Part shown: one piece after another, positions 53,454 through 64,000 of the stretch
Numbering within the stretch: the stretch's first letter is position 1
How the letters are laid out: the number at the start of each line of letters is the position of its first letter
Origin: the human T2T-CHM13v2.0 reference genome, Homo sapiens
Assembly (NCBI RefSeq): GCF_009914755.1
Contig: NC_060948.1
Length of the DNA: 64,000 bases
Direction: 5' to 3' (one strand)
Notes under the pieces: generated by a model
The model's input: only the letters and a program-made list of their open reading frames with translations
Told to the model about the DNA's origin: nothing
Database searches by the model: none
Made by a program: the position numbers and the translations under genes

Positions 53454-56400
53454 GCAATGGAATCTAATGAAACGGAAAGGAAAGGAATGGAATGGAATGG
53501 AATGGACTGGAATGGAAAGGAATCGAAACGAATGGAATGGAATCGAACTGAAGAGACTGGAATGGAATGCACTGGAATGGAAGGGAGTGTAATGGAAGGT
53601 TCTCGAAAAAAATGGAATCGAATGGAATGGAATTGAATGGAACGGAATAGAGTCGAATGGAATTGAATGGAATGGAATGGACTAGAGTGAAATGGAATCG
53701 AACCACAAGGAATGGACATGAATAGAATGGTCTCGAATTGAATGGAATCGTATGGAATGGCATCAAACGGAATGGAATGGACAGCCACGGAATGGAATGC
53801 ACTCGAATGCAATGGAGTCGAAACTAATGGACTGGAATAGAATGGACTCGACTGGTACGGACTCCAATGGAATGGAATCGAATGGAAGGGAATCGAACGG
53901 AATGGACTCGAAGGGAAATGACTGCAATGGAAAGGTCTCGAATGGAATGGAAATTAATGGAATGGAATGGAATCGAATGAAATGGAGTCAAAAGGAATGG
54001 AATCGAATGGCAAGAAATCGAATGTAATGGAATCACAAGGAATTGATGTGAACGGAACGGAATGGAATGGAATCCAAAGGAATGGAATAGAATGGAATGG
54101 AATCGAATGGAAAGGACTCGAATGGAAATCACTCGAATAGAATGCAATTTAATAAAATAGGATCAAATGTAATGGAATGGAATGGAAAGGAATCGAAACG
54201 AAAGGAATGGAGACAGATGGAATGGAATGGAACAGAGAGCAATGGTATAGAATGGAATGGAATCATCTGGAATGGAATTGAATGGAATGGAATAATATGA
54301 AATGGAATGGAATGGAATGGAATGGAATGCCCTTGAATTAAATGGACTGGAATGGAATGGACTCGAACAGAGTGGAATGGAAAGTGTTGAGATAGAATGG
54401 AATGGACTCCTTTGGAATGGTGTAGTATGCAATGCAATCGACTGGCACGGAATCAAAAGGAATGTAATGGAATGGATTGGACTGGAATGCAATGGACTCG
54501 AATAGATTGCAAACGGAATGCAAAGGAATGGAATGGAATAGTATGGAATGGAATGGAAAGGAATGGAGTGGAATAGACTAGAGTGGAATGGAATGGACTG
54601 GAAAGCAATGGACTGGAATGGAACTTTATTGAATGGACTGGAATCAAACGGAATGGAATGCAATGCAATCAAATGGCATGGAATAAAATAGAATGAAAGA
54701 GAATCAAATGGAATTGAATCGAATGGAATCGAATGGATTGGAAAGGAATAGAATGGAATGGAATGGAATTGACTCAAATGGAATGGACTAGAATGGAATG
54801 GATTCGAATGGAAGGCAAAGGAATGGAATCTATTGGAATGGACTGTAATGGAATGGAATGGAAGGGATTGGAATGGACTCGAATGGAATGGACTGCAATA
54901 GAAAGGATTCGAATGGAATGAAAAAGAATTGAATGGAATAGAACAGAATGGAATCAAATCGAATGAAATGGAATGGAATAGAAAGGAATGGAATGAAATG
55001 GAATGGAAAGGATTCGAATGGAATGCAATCGAATGGAATGGAATCGAACGGAATGGAATAAAATGGAAGAAAACAGGCAAGAAATGGAATCGAAAGGAAT
55101 GGAGTGTTATGGAACGGACTCAAAAGGAATTGAATGTAATAGAATGGAGTGGAGTGGACTCGAATATAATGGACTGGAATGGAATGAAATCACATGGAAT
55201 GGGAACGAATGGAATGGAATGGAAAGGAATGGAATCGAATGGAAAGGAATCGAATGGAAGGGAATGAAATTGAATCAACAGGAATGGAAGGGAATAGAAT
55301 AGACGGTAATGGAATGGACTCGAATAGAATGGACACGAATGCTCAAATTGAATGGACTCGAATGGAATGGAAACGAAAGGAATGTCATCGAATGGAATTG
55401 AATGGATTGGAATGAAATCGCATAGAATGGAGTGGAATCAAATGGAATTGAATCGAAAGGAAAGGAAGCGAATGGACTGAAATGAAATGGAATGGAATTG
55501 AATGGAAAGTAATGCAATGGAATAGAATGGAACGAAATTTCACGGAATGGAATCAAACTGAATGGAATCAAATCAATGGAATCAAATCAAATGGAATGGA
55601 AAGGAATTGAATGGAGTAGATTGGATTGGATGGGATTGGAATGAAATGTACTGGAAAGGACTCGAATTTCATGAAACGGAATGGAATGAATTGGAACGGA
55701 ATGGACTCGAATGGAATGGAATGTCATGGAATGGCATCAAATGGAATGGCATCAAATGGAATGGAATCGAATGCAATGGAATGCTATGGAATGGAATGGA
55801 ATGCATTGGAATGGAATGTCCTCTAATGGAATGGATTCGAGTGGAATGGAATCGAATATAATGGAGTCGAATGAAATGGAATTGAAAGGAATGGGATCGA
55901 ATACAATGGAATATACTGGAATGTAATGTAATGAACTCGAATGTAATTGACTGGAATGGAATGTACATGAATGGAATGTAATCGAATGGAAAGTAATCCA
56001 ATGGAATAGAATCTAATGCAATAAAATCGACTCAGATAGAGTAGAATGTAATGGAATGGAGTGCAGTGCAATGCAATGGAATGGAATGGAATGCAATGGA
56101 ATGGAATGGAATGGAATGGAATGGAATGGAATGGAATGGGATGGAATGGTATGGAATGGATAGTAGTGGACTGGAGTGAAATGGACTGGAAAGGAATGGA
56201 CTCAAATTGAAAGGGCTCGAAAGGAATGGAGTCAAATGGAATGGTCTGGAATGGAATGAACACGAATGTAATGCAATCCAATAGAATGGAATCGAATGGC
56301 ATGGAATATAAAGAAATGGAATCGAAGAGAATGGAAACAAATGGAATGGAATTGAATGGAATGGAATTGAATGGAATGGGAACGAATGGAGTGAAATTGT

Positions 56401-57017
56401 ATGCAGTAGAAGGGAATAGAATGGAATGCAAGCGAAAGGAAAGGAATGGATTGGAATGGAATGGAATTCATTGGACTGGAAGGGAATGTAGTGTAATGGA
56501 CAGGCCTGGAATAAAGTGGAATGCTACGGTCTCGAATGGAATAAAAATGTATGGAATGGAATGCAATGAAACGGAATCGAATGTCATAGAATGTAATGGA
56601 ATGCAAAAAAATGGAATCCAAAATCATTGACTGGAAAGGCTGGGTGTCGAAAGGAATTGACTCCAATGGAATGGAATCGAATGGAGTGGAAGTGAATAGA
56701 ATCGAACTAAATCGAATGGAATGGAATTGATAGGAACGGAATGGAAAGGAATGCAATGATTTGGCACGGAATGGAATCGAATGACATCGAATGGAATGGA
56801 ATGGAATGCAATGGAATGGAACGTATTAGAATGTAATGAACTTTAACGGAATGTACTCGAATGGATTCGACTGGAATGGAATGTTATGGAAGTGAATGGA
56901 CTCCAATGGAATGGATTCAAAAGGAATGGAATCGTACGGAATGGAATCTAATGGAATGGAATTAAATGGAAATGAATCAAATTGAATAGCACGGAATTGA
57001 ATTGAATGGAATGGAAT
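53454..57017 (+). repeat. DYZ1 unit 16 (3564 bp)
   Basis: First ~1 kb resembles unit 18; the remainder resembles unit 14. Confidence 0.9.
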
Positions 57018-60000
57018 GCAATGGAATCTAATGAAACGGAAAGGAAAGGAATGGAATGGAATGGAATGGGCTGGAATGGAAAGGAATCGAAACGAATGGA
57101 ATGGAATCGAACTGAAGAGACTGGAATGGAATGCACTGGAATGGAAGGGAGTGTAATGGAAGTTTCTCGAAAAAAATGGAATCGAATGGAATGGAATTGA
57201 ATGGAACGGAATAGAGTCGAATGGAATTGAATGGAATGGAATGGACTAGAGTGAAATGGAATCGAACCACAAGGAATGGACTGGAATAGAATGGTCTCGA
57301 ATTGAATGGAATCGTATGGAATGGCATCAAACGGAATGGAATGGACAGCCACGGAATGGAATGCACTCGAATGCAATGGAGTCGAAACTAATGGACTGGA
57401 ATAGAATGGACTCGACTGGTACGGACTCCAATGGAATGGAATCGAATGGAAGGGAATCGAACGGAATGGACTCGAAGGGAAAAGACTGCAATGGAAAGGT
57501 CTCGAATGGAATGGAAATAAATGGAATGGAATGGAATCGAATGAAATGGAGTCAAAAGGAATGGAATCGAATGGCAAGAAATCGAATGTAATGGAATCGC
57601 AAGGAATTGATGTGAACGGAACGGAATGGAATGGAATCCAAAGGAATGGAATAAAATGGAATGGAATCGAATGGAAAGGACTCGAATGGAAATCACTCGA
57701 ATAGAATGCAATTTAATAAAATAGGACCAAATGTAATGGAATGGAATGGAAAGGAATCGAAACGGAAGGAATGGAGACAGATGGAATGGAATGGAACAGA
57801 GAGCAATGGTATAGAATGGAATGGAATCATCTGGAATGGAATGGAATGGAATGGAATGAAATGCCCTTGAATTAAATGGACTGGAATGGAATGGACTCGA
57901 ACAGAGTGGAATGGAAAGTGTTGAGATAGAATGGAATGGACTCTTTTGGAATGGTCTAGTATGCAATGCAATCGACTGGCAGGGAATCAAAAGGAATGTA
58001 ATCGAATGGATTGGACTGGAATGCAATGGACTGGAATAGATTACAAACGGGATGCAAAGGAATGGAATGGAATAGTATGGAATGGAATGGAAAGGAATGG
58101 AGTGGAATAGACTAGAGTGGAATGGAATGGACTGGAAAGAAATGGACTGGAATGGAACTTTCTTGAATGGACTGGAATCAAACGGAATGGAATGCAATGC
58201 AATCAAATGGCATGGAATAAAATAGAATGAAAGAGAATCAAATGGAATTGAATCGAATGGAATCGAATGGATTGGAAAGGAATAGAATGGAATGGAATGG
58301 AATTGACTCAAATGGAATGGACTAGAATGGAATGGATTCGAATGGAAGGCAAAGGAATGGAATCTATTGGAATGGAATGTAATGGAATGGAATGGAAGGG
58401 ATTGGAATGGACTCGAATGGAATGGACTGCAATAGAAAGGATTCGAATGGAATGAAAAAGAATTGAATGGAATAAAACAGAATGGAATGAAATCGAATGA
58501 AATGGAATGGAATAGAAAGGAATGGAATGAAATGGAATGGAAAGGATTCGAATGGAATGCAATCGAATGGAATGGAATCGAACGGAATGGAATAAAATGG
58601 AAGAAAACTGGCAAGAAATGGAATCGAAATGAATGGAGTGTTATGGAACGGACTCAAAAGGAATTGAATGTAATAGAATGGAGTGGAGTGGACTCGAATA
58701 TAATGGACTGGAATGGAATGAAATCACATGGAATGGGAACGAATGGAATGGAATGGAAAGGAATGGAATCGAATGGAAAGGAATCGAATGGAAGGGAATG
58801 AAATTGAATCAACAGGAATGGAAGGGAATAGAATAGACGGTAATGGAATGGACTCGAATAGAATGGACACGAATGCTCAAATTGAATGGACTCGAATGGA
58901 ATGGAAACGAAAGGAATGTCATCGAATGGAATTGAATGGATTGGAATGAAATCGCATAGAATGGAGTGGAATCAAATGGAATTGAATCGAAAGGAAAGGA
59001 AGCGAATGGACTGAAATGAAATGGAATGGAATTGAATGGAAAGTAATGCAATGGAATAGAATGGAACGAAATTTCACGGAATGGAATCAAACTGAATGGA
59101 ATCAAATCAATGGAATCAAATCAAATGGAATGGAAAGGAATTGAATGGAGTAGATTGGATTGGATGGGATTGGAATGAAATGTACTGGAAAGGACTCGAA
59201 TTTCATGAAACGGAATGGAATGAATTGGAACGGAATGGACTCGAATGGAATGGAATGTCATGGAATGGCATCAAATGGAATGGCATCAAATGGAATGGAA
59301 TCGAATGCAATGGAATGCTATGGAATGGAATGGAATGCATTGGAATGGAATGTCCCCTAATGGAATGGATTCGAGTGGAATGGAATCGAATATAATGGAG
59401 TCGAATGAAATGGAATTGAAAGGAATGGGATCGAATAGAATGGAATATACTGGAATGTAATGTAATGAACTCGAATGTAATTGACTGGAATGGAATGTAC
59501 ATGAATGGAATGTAATCGAATGGAAAGTAATCCAATGGAATAGAATCTAATGCAATAAAACCGACTCAGATAGAGTAGAATGTAATGGAATGGAGTGCAG
59601 TGCAATGGAAGGGAATGGAATTGAATGCAATGGAATGGAATGGAATGGAATGGAATGGAATGGAATGGAATGGAATGGAATGGGATGGAATGGTATGGAA
59701 TGGATAGTAATGGACTGGAGTGAAATGGACTGGAAAGGAATGGACTCAAATTGAAAGGGCTCGAAAGGAATGGAGTCAAATGGAATGGTCTGGAATGGAA
59801 TGAACACGAATGTAATGCAATCCAATAGAATGGAATCGAATGGCATGGAATATAAAGAAATGGAATCGAAGAGAATGGAAACAAATGGAATGGAATTGAA
59901 TGGAATGGAATTGAATGGAATGGGAACGAATGGAGTGAAATTGTATGCAGTAGAAGGGAATAGAATGGAATGCAAGCGAAAGGAAAGGAATGGATTGGAA

Positions 60001-60561
60001 TGGAATGGAATTCATTGGAATGGAAGGGAATGTAGTGTAATGGACAGGCCTGGAATAAAGTGGAATGCTACGGTCTCGAATGGAATAAAAATGTATGGAA
60101 TGGAATGCAATGAAACGGAATCGAATGTCATAGAATGTAATGGAATGCAAAAAAATGGAATCCAAAATCATTGACTGGAAAGGCTGGGTGTCGAAAGGAA
60201 TTGACTCCAATGGAATGGAATCGAATGGAATGGAAGTGAATAGAATCGAACTAAATCGAATGGAATGGAATTGATAGGAACGGAATGGAAAGGAATGCAA
60301 TGATTTGGCATGGAATGGAATCGAATGGCATCGAATGGAATGGAATGGAATGCAATGGAATGGAATGTATTAGAATGTAATGAACTTTAATGGAATGTAC
60401 TCGAATGGATTCGACTGGAATGGAATGTTCTGGAAGTGAATGGACTCCAATGGAATGGATTCCAAAGGAATGGAATCGTACGGAATGGAATCTAATGGAA
60501 TGGAATTAAATGGAAATGAATCAAATTGAATAGCACGGAATTGAATTGAATGGAATGGAAT
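57018..60561 (+). repeat. DYZ1 unit 17 (3544 bp; 30-bp deletion)
   Basis: Near copy of unit 15 at an offset of 7108 bp. Confidence 0.9.
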
Positions 60562-63500
60562 GCAATGGAATCTAATGAAACGGAAAGGAAAGGAATGGAA
60601 TGGAATGGAATGGACTGGAATGGAAAGGAATCGAAACGAATGGAATGGAATCGAACTGAAGAGACTGGAATGGAATGCACTGGAATGGAAGGGAGTGTAA
60701 TGGAAGGTTCTCGAAAAAAATGGAATCGAATGGAATGGAATTGAATGGAACGGAATAGAGTCGAATGGAATTGAATGGAATGGAATGGACTAGAGTGAAA
60801 TGGAATCGAACCACAAGGAATGGACATGAATAGAATGGTCTCGAATTGAATGGAATCGTATGGAATGGCATCAAACGGAATGGAATGGACAGCCACGGAA
60901 TGGAATGCACTCGAATGCAATGGAGTCGAAACTAATGGACTGGAATAGAATGGACTCGACTGGTACGGACTCCAATGGAATGGAATCGAATGGAAGGGAA
61001 TCGAACGGAATGGACTCGAAGGGAAATGACTGCAATGGAAAGGTCTCGAATGGAATGGAAATTAATGGAATGGAATGGAATCGAATGAAATGGAGTCAAA
61101 AGGAATGGAATCGAATGGCAAGAAATCGAATGTAATGGAATCACAAGGAATTGATGTGAACGGAACGGAATGGAATGGAATCCAAAGGAATGGAATAGAA
61201 TGGAATGGAATCGAATGGAAAGGACTCGAATGGAAATCACTCGAATAGAATGCAATTTAATAAAATAGGATCAAATGTAATGGAATGGAATGGAAAGGAA
61301 TCGAAACGAAAGGAATGGAGACAGATGGAATGGAATGGAACAGAGAGCAATGGTATAGAATGGAATGGAATCATCTGGAATGGAATTGAATGGAATGGAA
61401 TAATATGAAATGGAATGGAATGGAATGGAATGGAATGCCCTTGAATTAAATGGACTGGAATGGAATGGACTCGAACAGAGTGGAATGGAAAGTGTTGAGA
61501 TAGAATGGAATGGACTCCTTTGGAATGGTCTAGTATGCAATGCAATCGACTGGCAGGGAATCAAAAGGAATGTAATGGAATGGATTGGACTGGAATGCAA
61601 TGGACTCGAATAGATTGCAAACGGAATGCAAAGGAATGGAATGGAATATTATGGAATGGAATGGAAAGGAATGGAGTGGAATAGACTAGAGTGGAATGGA
61701 ATGGACTGGAAAGAAATGGACTGGAATGGAACTTTCTTGAATGGACCTGAATCAAACGGAATGGAATGCAATGCAATCAAATGGCATGGAATAAAATAGA
61801 ATGAAAGAGAATCAAATGGAATTGAATCGAATGGAATCGAATGGATTGGAAAGGAATAGAATGGAATGGAATGGAATTGACTCAAATGGAATGGACTAGA
61901 ATGGAATGGATTCGAATGGAAGGCAAAGGAATGGAATCTATTGGAATGGACTGTAATGGAATGGAATGGAAGGGATTGGAATGGACTCGAATGGAATGGA
62001 CTGCAATAGAAAGGATTCGAATGGAATGAAAAAGAATTGAATGGAATAAAACAGAATGGAATGAAATCGAATGAAATGGAATGGAATAGAAAGGAATGGA
62101 ATGAAATGGAATGGAAAGGATTCGAATGGAATGCAATCGAATGGAATGGAATCGAACGGAATGGAATAAAATGGAAGAAAACTGGCAAGAAATGGAATCG
62201 AAATGAATGGAGTGTTATGGAACGGACTCAAAAGGAATTGAATGTAATAGAATGGAGTGGAGTGGACTCGAATATAATGGACTGGAATGGAATGAAATCA
62301 CATGGAATGGGAACGAATGGAAAGGAATGGAATCGAATGGAAAGGAATCGAATGGAAGGGAATGAAATTGAATCAACAGGAATGGAAGGGAATAGAATAG
62401 ACGGTAATGGAATGGACTCGAATAGAATGGACACGAATGCTCAAATTGAATGGACTCGAATGGAATGGAAACGAAAGGAATGTCATCGAATGGAATTGAA
62501 TGGATTGGAATGAAATCGCATAGAATGGAGTGGAATCAAATGGAATTGAATCGAAAGGAAAGGAAGCGAATGGACTGAAATGAAATGGAATGGAATTGAA
62601 TGGAAAGTAATGCAATGGAATAGAATGGAACGAAATTTCACGGAATGGAATCAAACTGAATGGAATCAAATCAATGGAATCAAATCAAATGGAATGGAAA
62701 GGAATTGAATGGAGTAGATTGGATTGGATGGGATTGGAATGAAATGTACTGGAAAGGACTCGAATTTCATGAAACGGAATGGAATGAATTGGAACGGAAT
62801 GGACTCGAATGGAATGGAATGTCATGGAATGGCATCAAATGGAATGGCATCAAATGGAATGGAATCGAATGCAATGGAATGCTATGGAATGGAATGGAAT
62901 GCATTGGAATGGAATGTCCCCTAATGGAATGGATTCGAGTGGAATGGAATCGAATATAATGGAGTCGAATGAAATGGAATTGAAAGGAATGGGATCGAAT
63001 AGAATGGAATATACTGGAATGTAATGTAATGAACTCGAATGTAATTGACTGGAATGGAATGTACATGAATGGAATGTAATCGAATGGAAAGTAATCCAAT
63101 GGAATAGAATCTAATGCAATAAAACCGACTCAGATAGAGTAGAATGTAATGGAATGGAGTGCAGTGCAATGGAAGGGAATGGAATTGAATGCAATGGAAT
63201 GGAATGGAATGGAATGGAATGGAATGGAATGGAATGGAATGGAATGGAATGGGATGGAATGGTATGGAATGGATAGTAATGGACTGGAGTGAAATGGACT
63301 GGAAAGGAATGGACTCAAATTGAAAGGGCTCGAAAGGAATGGAGTCAAATGGAATGGTCTGGAATGGAATGAACACGAATGTAATGCAATCCAATAGAAT
63401 GGAATCGAATGGCATGGAATATAAAGAAATGGAATCGAAGAGAATGGAAACAAATGGAATGGAATTGAATGGAATGGAATTGAATGGAATGGGAACGAAT

Positions 63501-64000
63501 GGAGTGAAATTGTATGCAGTAGAAGGGAATAGAATGGAATGCAAGCGAAAGGAAAGGAATGGATTGGAATGGAATGGAATTCATTGGAATGGAAGGGAAT
63601 GTAGTGTAATGGACAGGCCTGGAATAAAGTGGAATGCTACGGTCTCGAATGGAATAAAAATGTATGGAATGGAATGCAATGAAACGGAATCGAATGTCAT
63701 AGAATGTAATGGAATGCAAAAAAATGGAATCCAAAATCATTGACTGGAAAGGCTGGGTGTCGAAAGGAATTGACTCCAATGGAATGGAATCGAATGGAAT
63801 GGAAGTGAATAGAATCGAACTAAATCGAATGGAATGGAATTGATAGGAACGGAATGGAAAGGAATGCAATGATTTGGCATGGAATGGAATCGAATGGCAT
63901 CGAATGGAATGGAATGGAATGCAATGGAATGGAATGTATTAGAATGTAATGAACTTTAATGGAATGTACTCGAATGGATTCGACTGGAATGGAATGTTCT
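60562..64000 (+). repeat. DYZ1 unit 18 (partial, runs off the window)
   Basis: Mosaic of unit-16-like and unit-15/17-like sequence; 10-bp deletion at ~62320. Confidence 0.88.

Larger units (their letters stand above)
1..64000 (+). repeat. DYZ1: Human satellite III (HSat3) DYZ1 tandem array, Yq12-type; ~3.56-kb unit built from degenerate GGAAT pentamers
   Basis: Continuous degenerate GGAAT pentamers. Landmark words such as GGACAGCCACGG, GGCTGGGTGTC, GCCCTTGAATT and GGACAGGCC recur every 3539-3584 bp. There is one HaeIII GGCC per unit, and unit 16 is 3564 bp, the length of the classic DYZ1 HaeIII repeat. Confidence 0.96.

Noticed and set aside
11-63869. Hundreds of ORFs (60-408 aa) on both strands
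   Set aside because: They are MEWNG/FHSIP translations of the pentamer, which lacks stops in any frame. Their boundaries shift with pentamer indels, and they show no domain-like or codon signal.
1-64000. CRISPR-like array, DYZ2/HSat1B-Alu blocks, inversions or inserted mobile elements
   Set aside because: There are no unique spacers, no AT-rich or Alu segment, no strand flip, and no non-satellite stretch anywhere in the window.
1-64000. HSat2 or chr9 HSat3 origin
   Set aside because: It lacks the HSat2 CATTCGATTC-plus-ATG periodic pattern, and the 3.56-kb period, HaeIII spacing and primer matches point to DYZ1. Exact chromosomal position cannot be determined from the window.

Overview
The whole 64-kb window is one uninterrupted, single-orientation block of human satellite III (HSat3), with degenerate (GGAAT)n on the + strand and (ATTCC)n on the - strand. 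It is organised as a ~3.56-kb higher-order unit that matches DYZ1 of the Yq12 heterochromatin. Each unit has a single HaeIII site and a conserved EcoRI site, and unit 1 matches the classic Y1.1/Y1.2 sexing primers, as I recall them, 154 bp apart. There are 17 complete units (3539-3584 bp) and one partial unit. I see no genes, transposons, DYZ2 blocks or inversions, and every ORF in the track is a translation artefact of the pentamer. The interesting structure lies inside and between units. (i) Each unit has three perfect, in-register heat-shock elements (nGAAnnTTCnnGAAn), and some units gain or lose one. (ii) Several unit haplotypes are defined by linked SNVs and indels, with mosaic recombinant units. 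(iii) A recent ~7.1-kb two-unit duplication lies at ~47.3-61.5 kb, and an older repeat offset by 14.25 kb lies in the first half. (iv) Each unit contains two hypervariable pure-GGAAT tracts. (v) Unit 13 has a G-biased private mutation cluster. All comparisons were made by eye, so variant counts are approximate.
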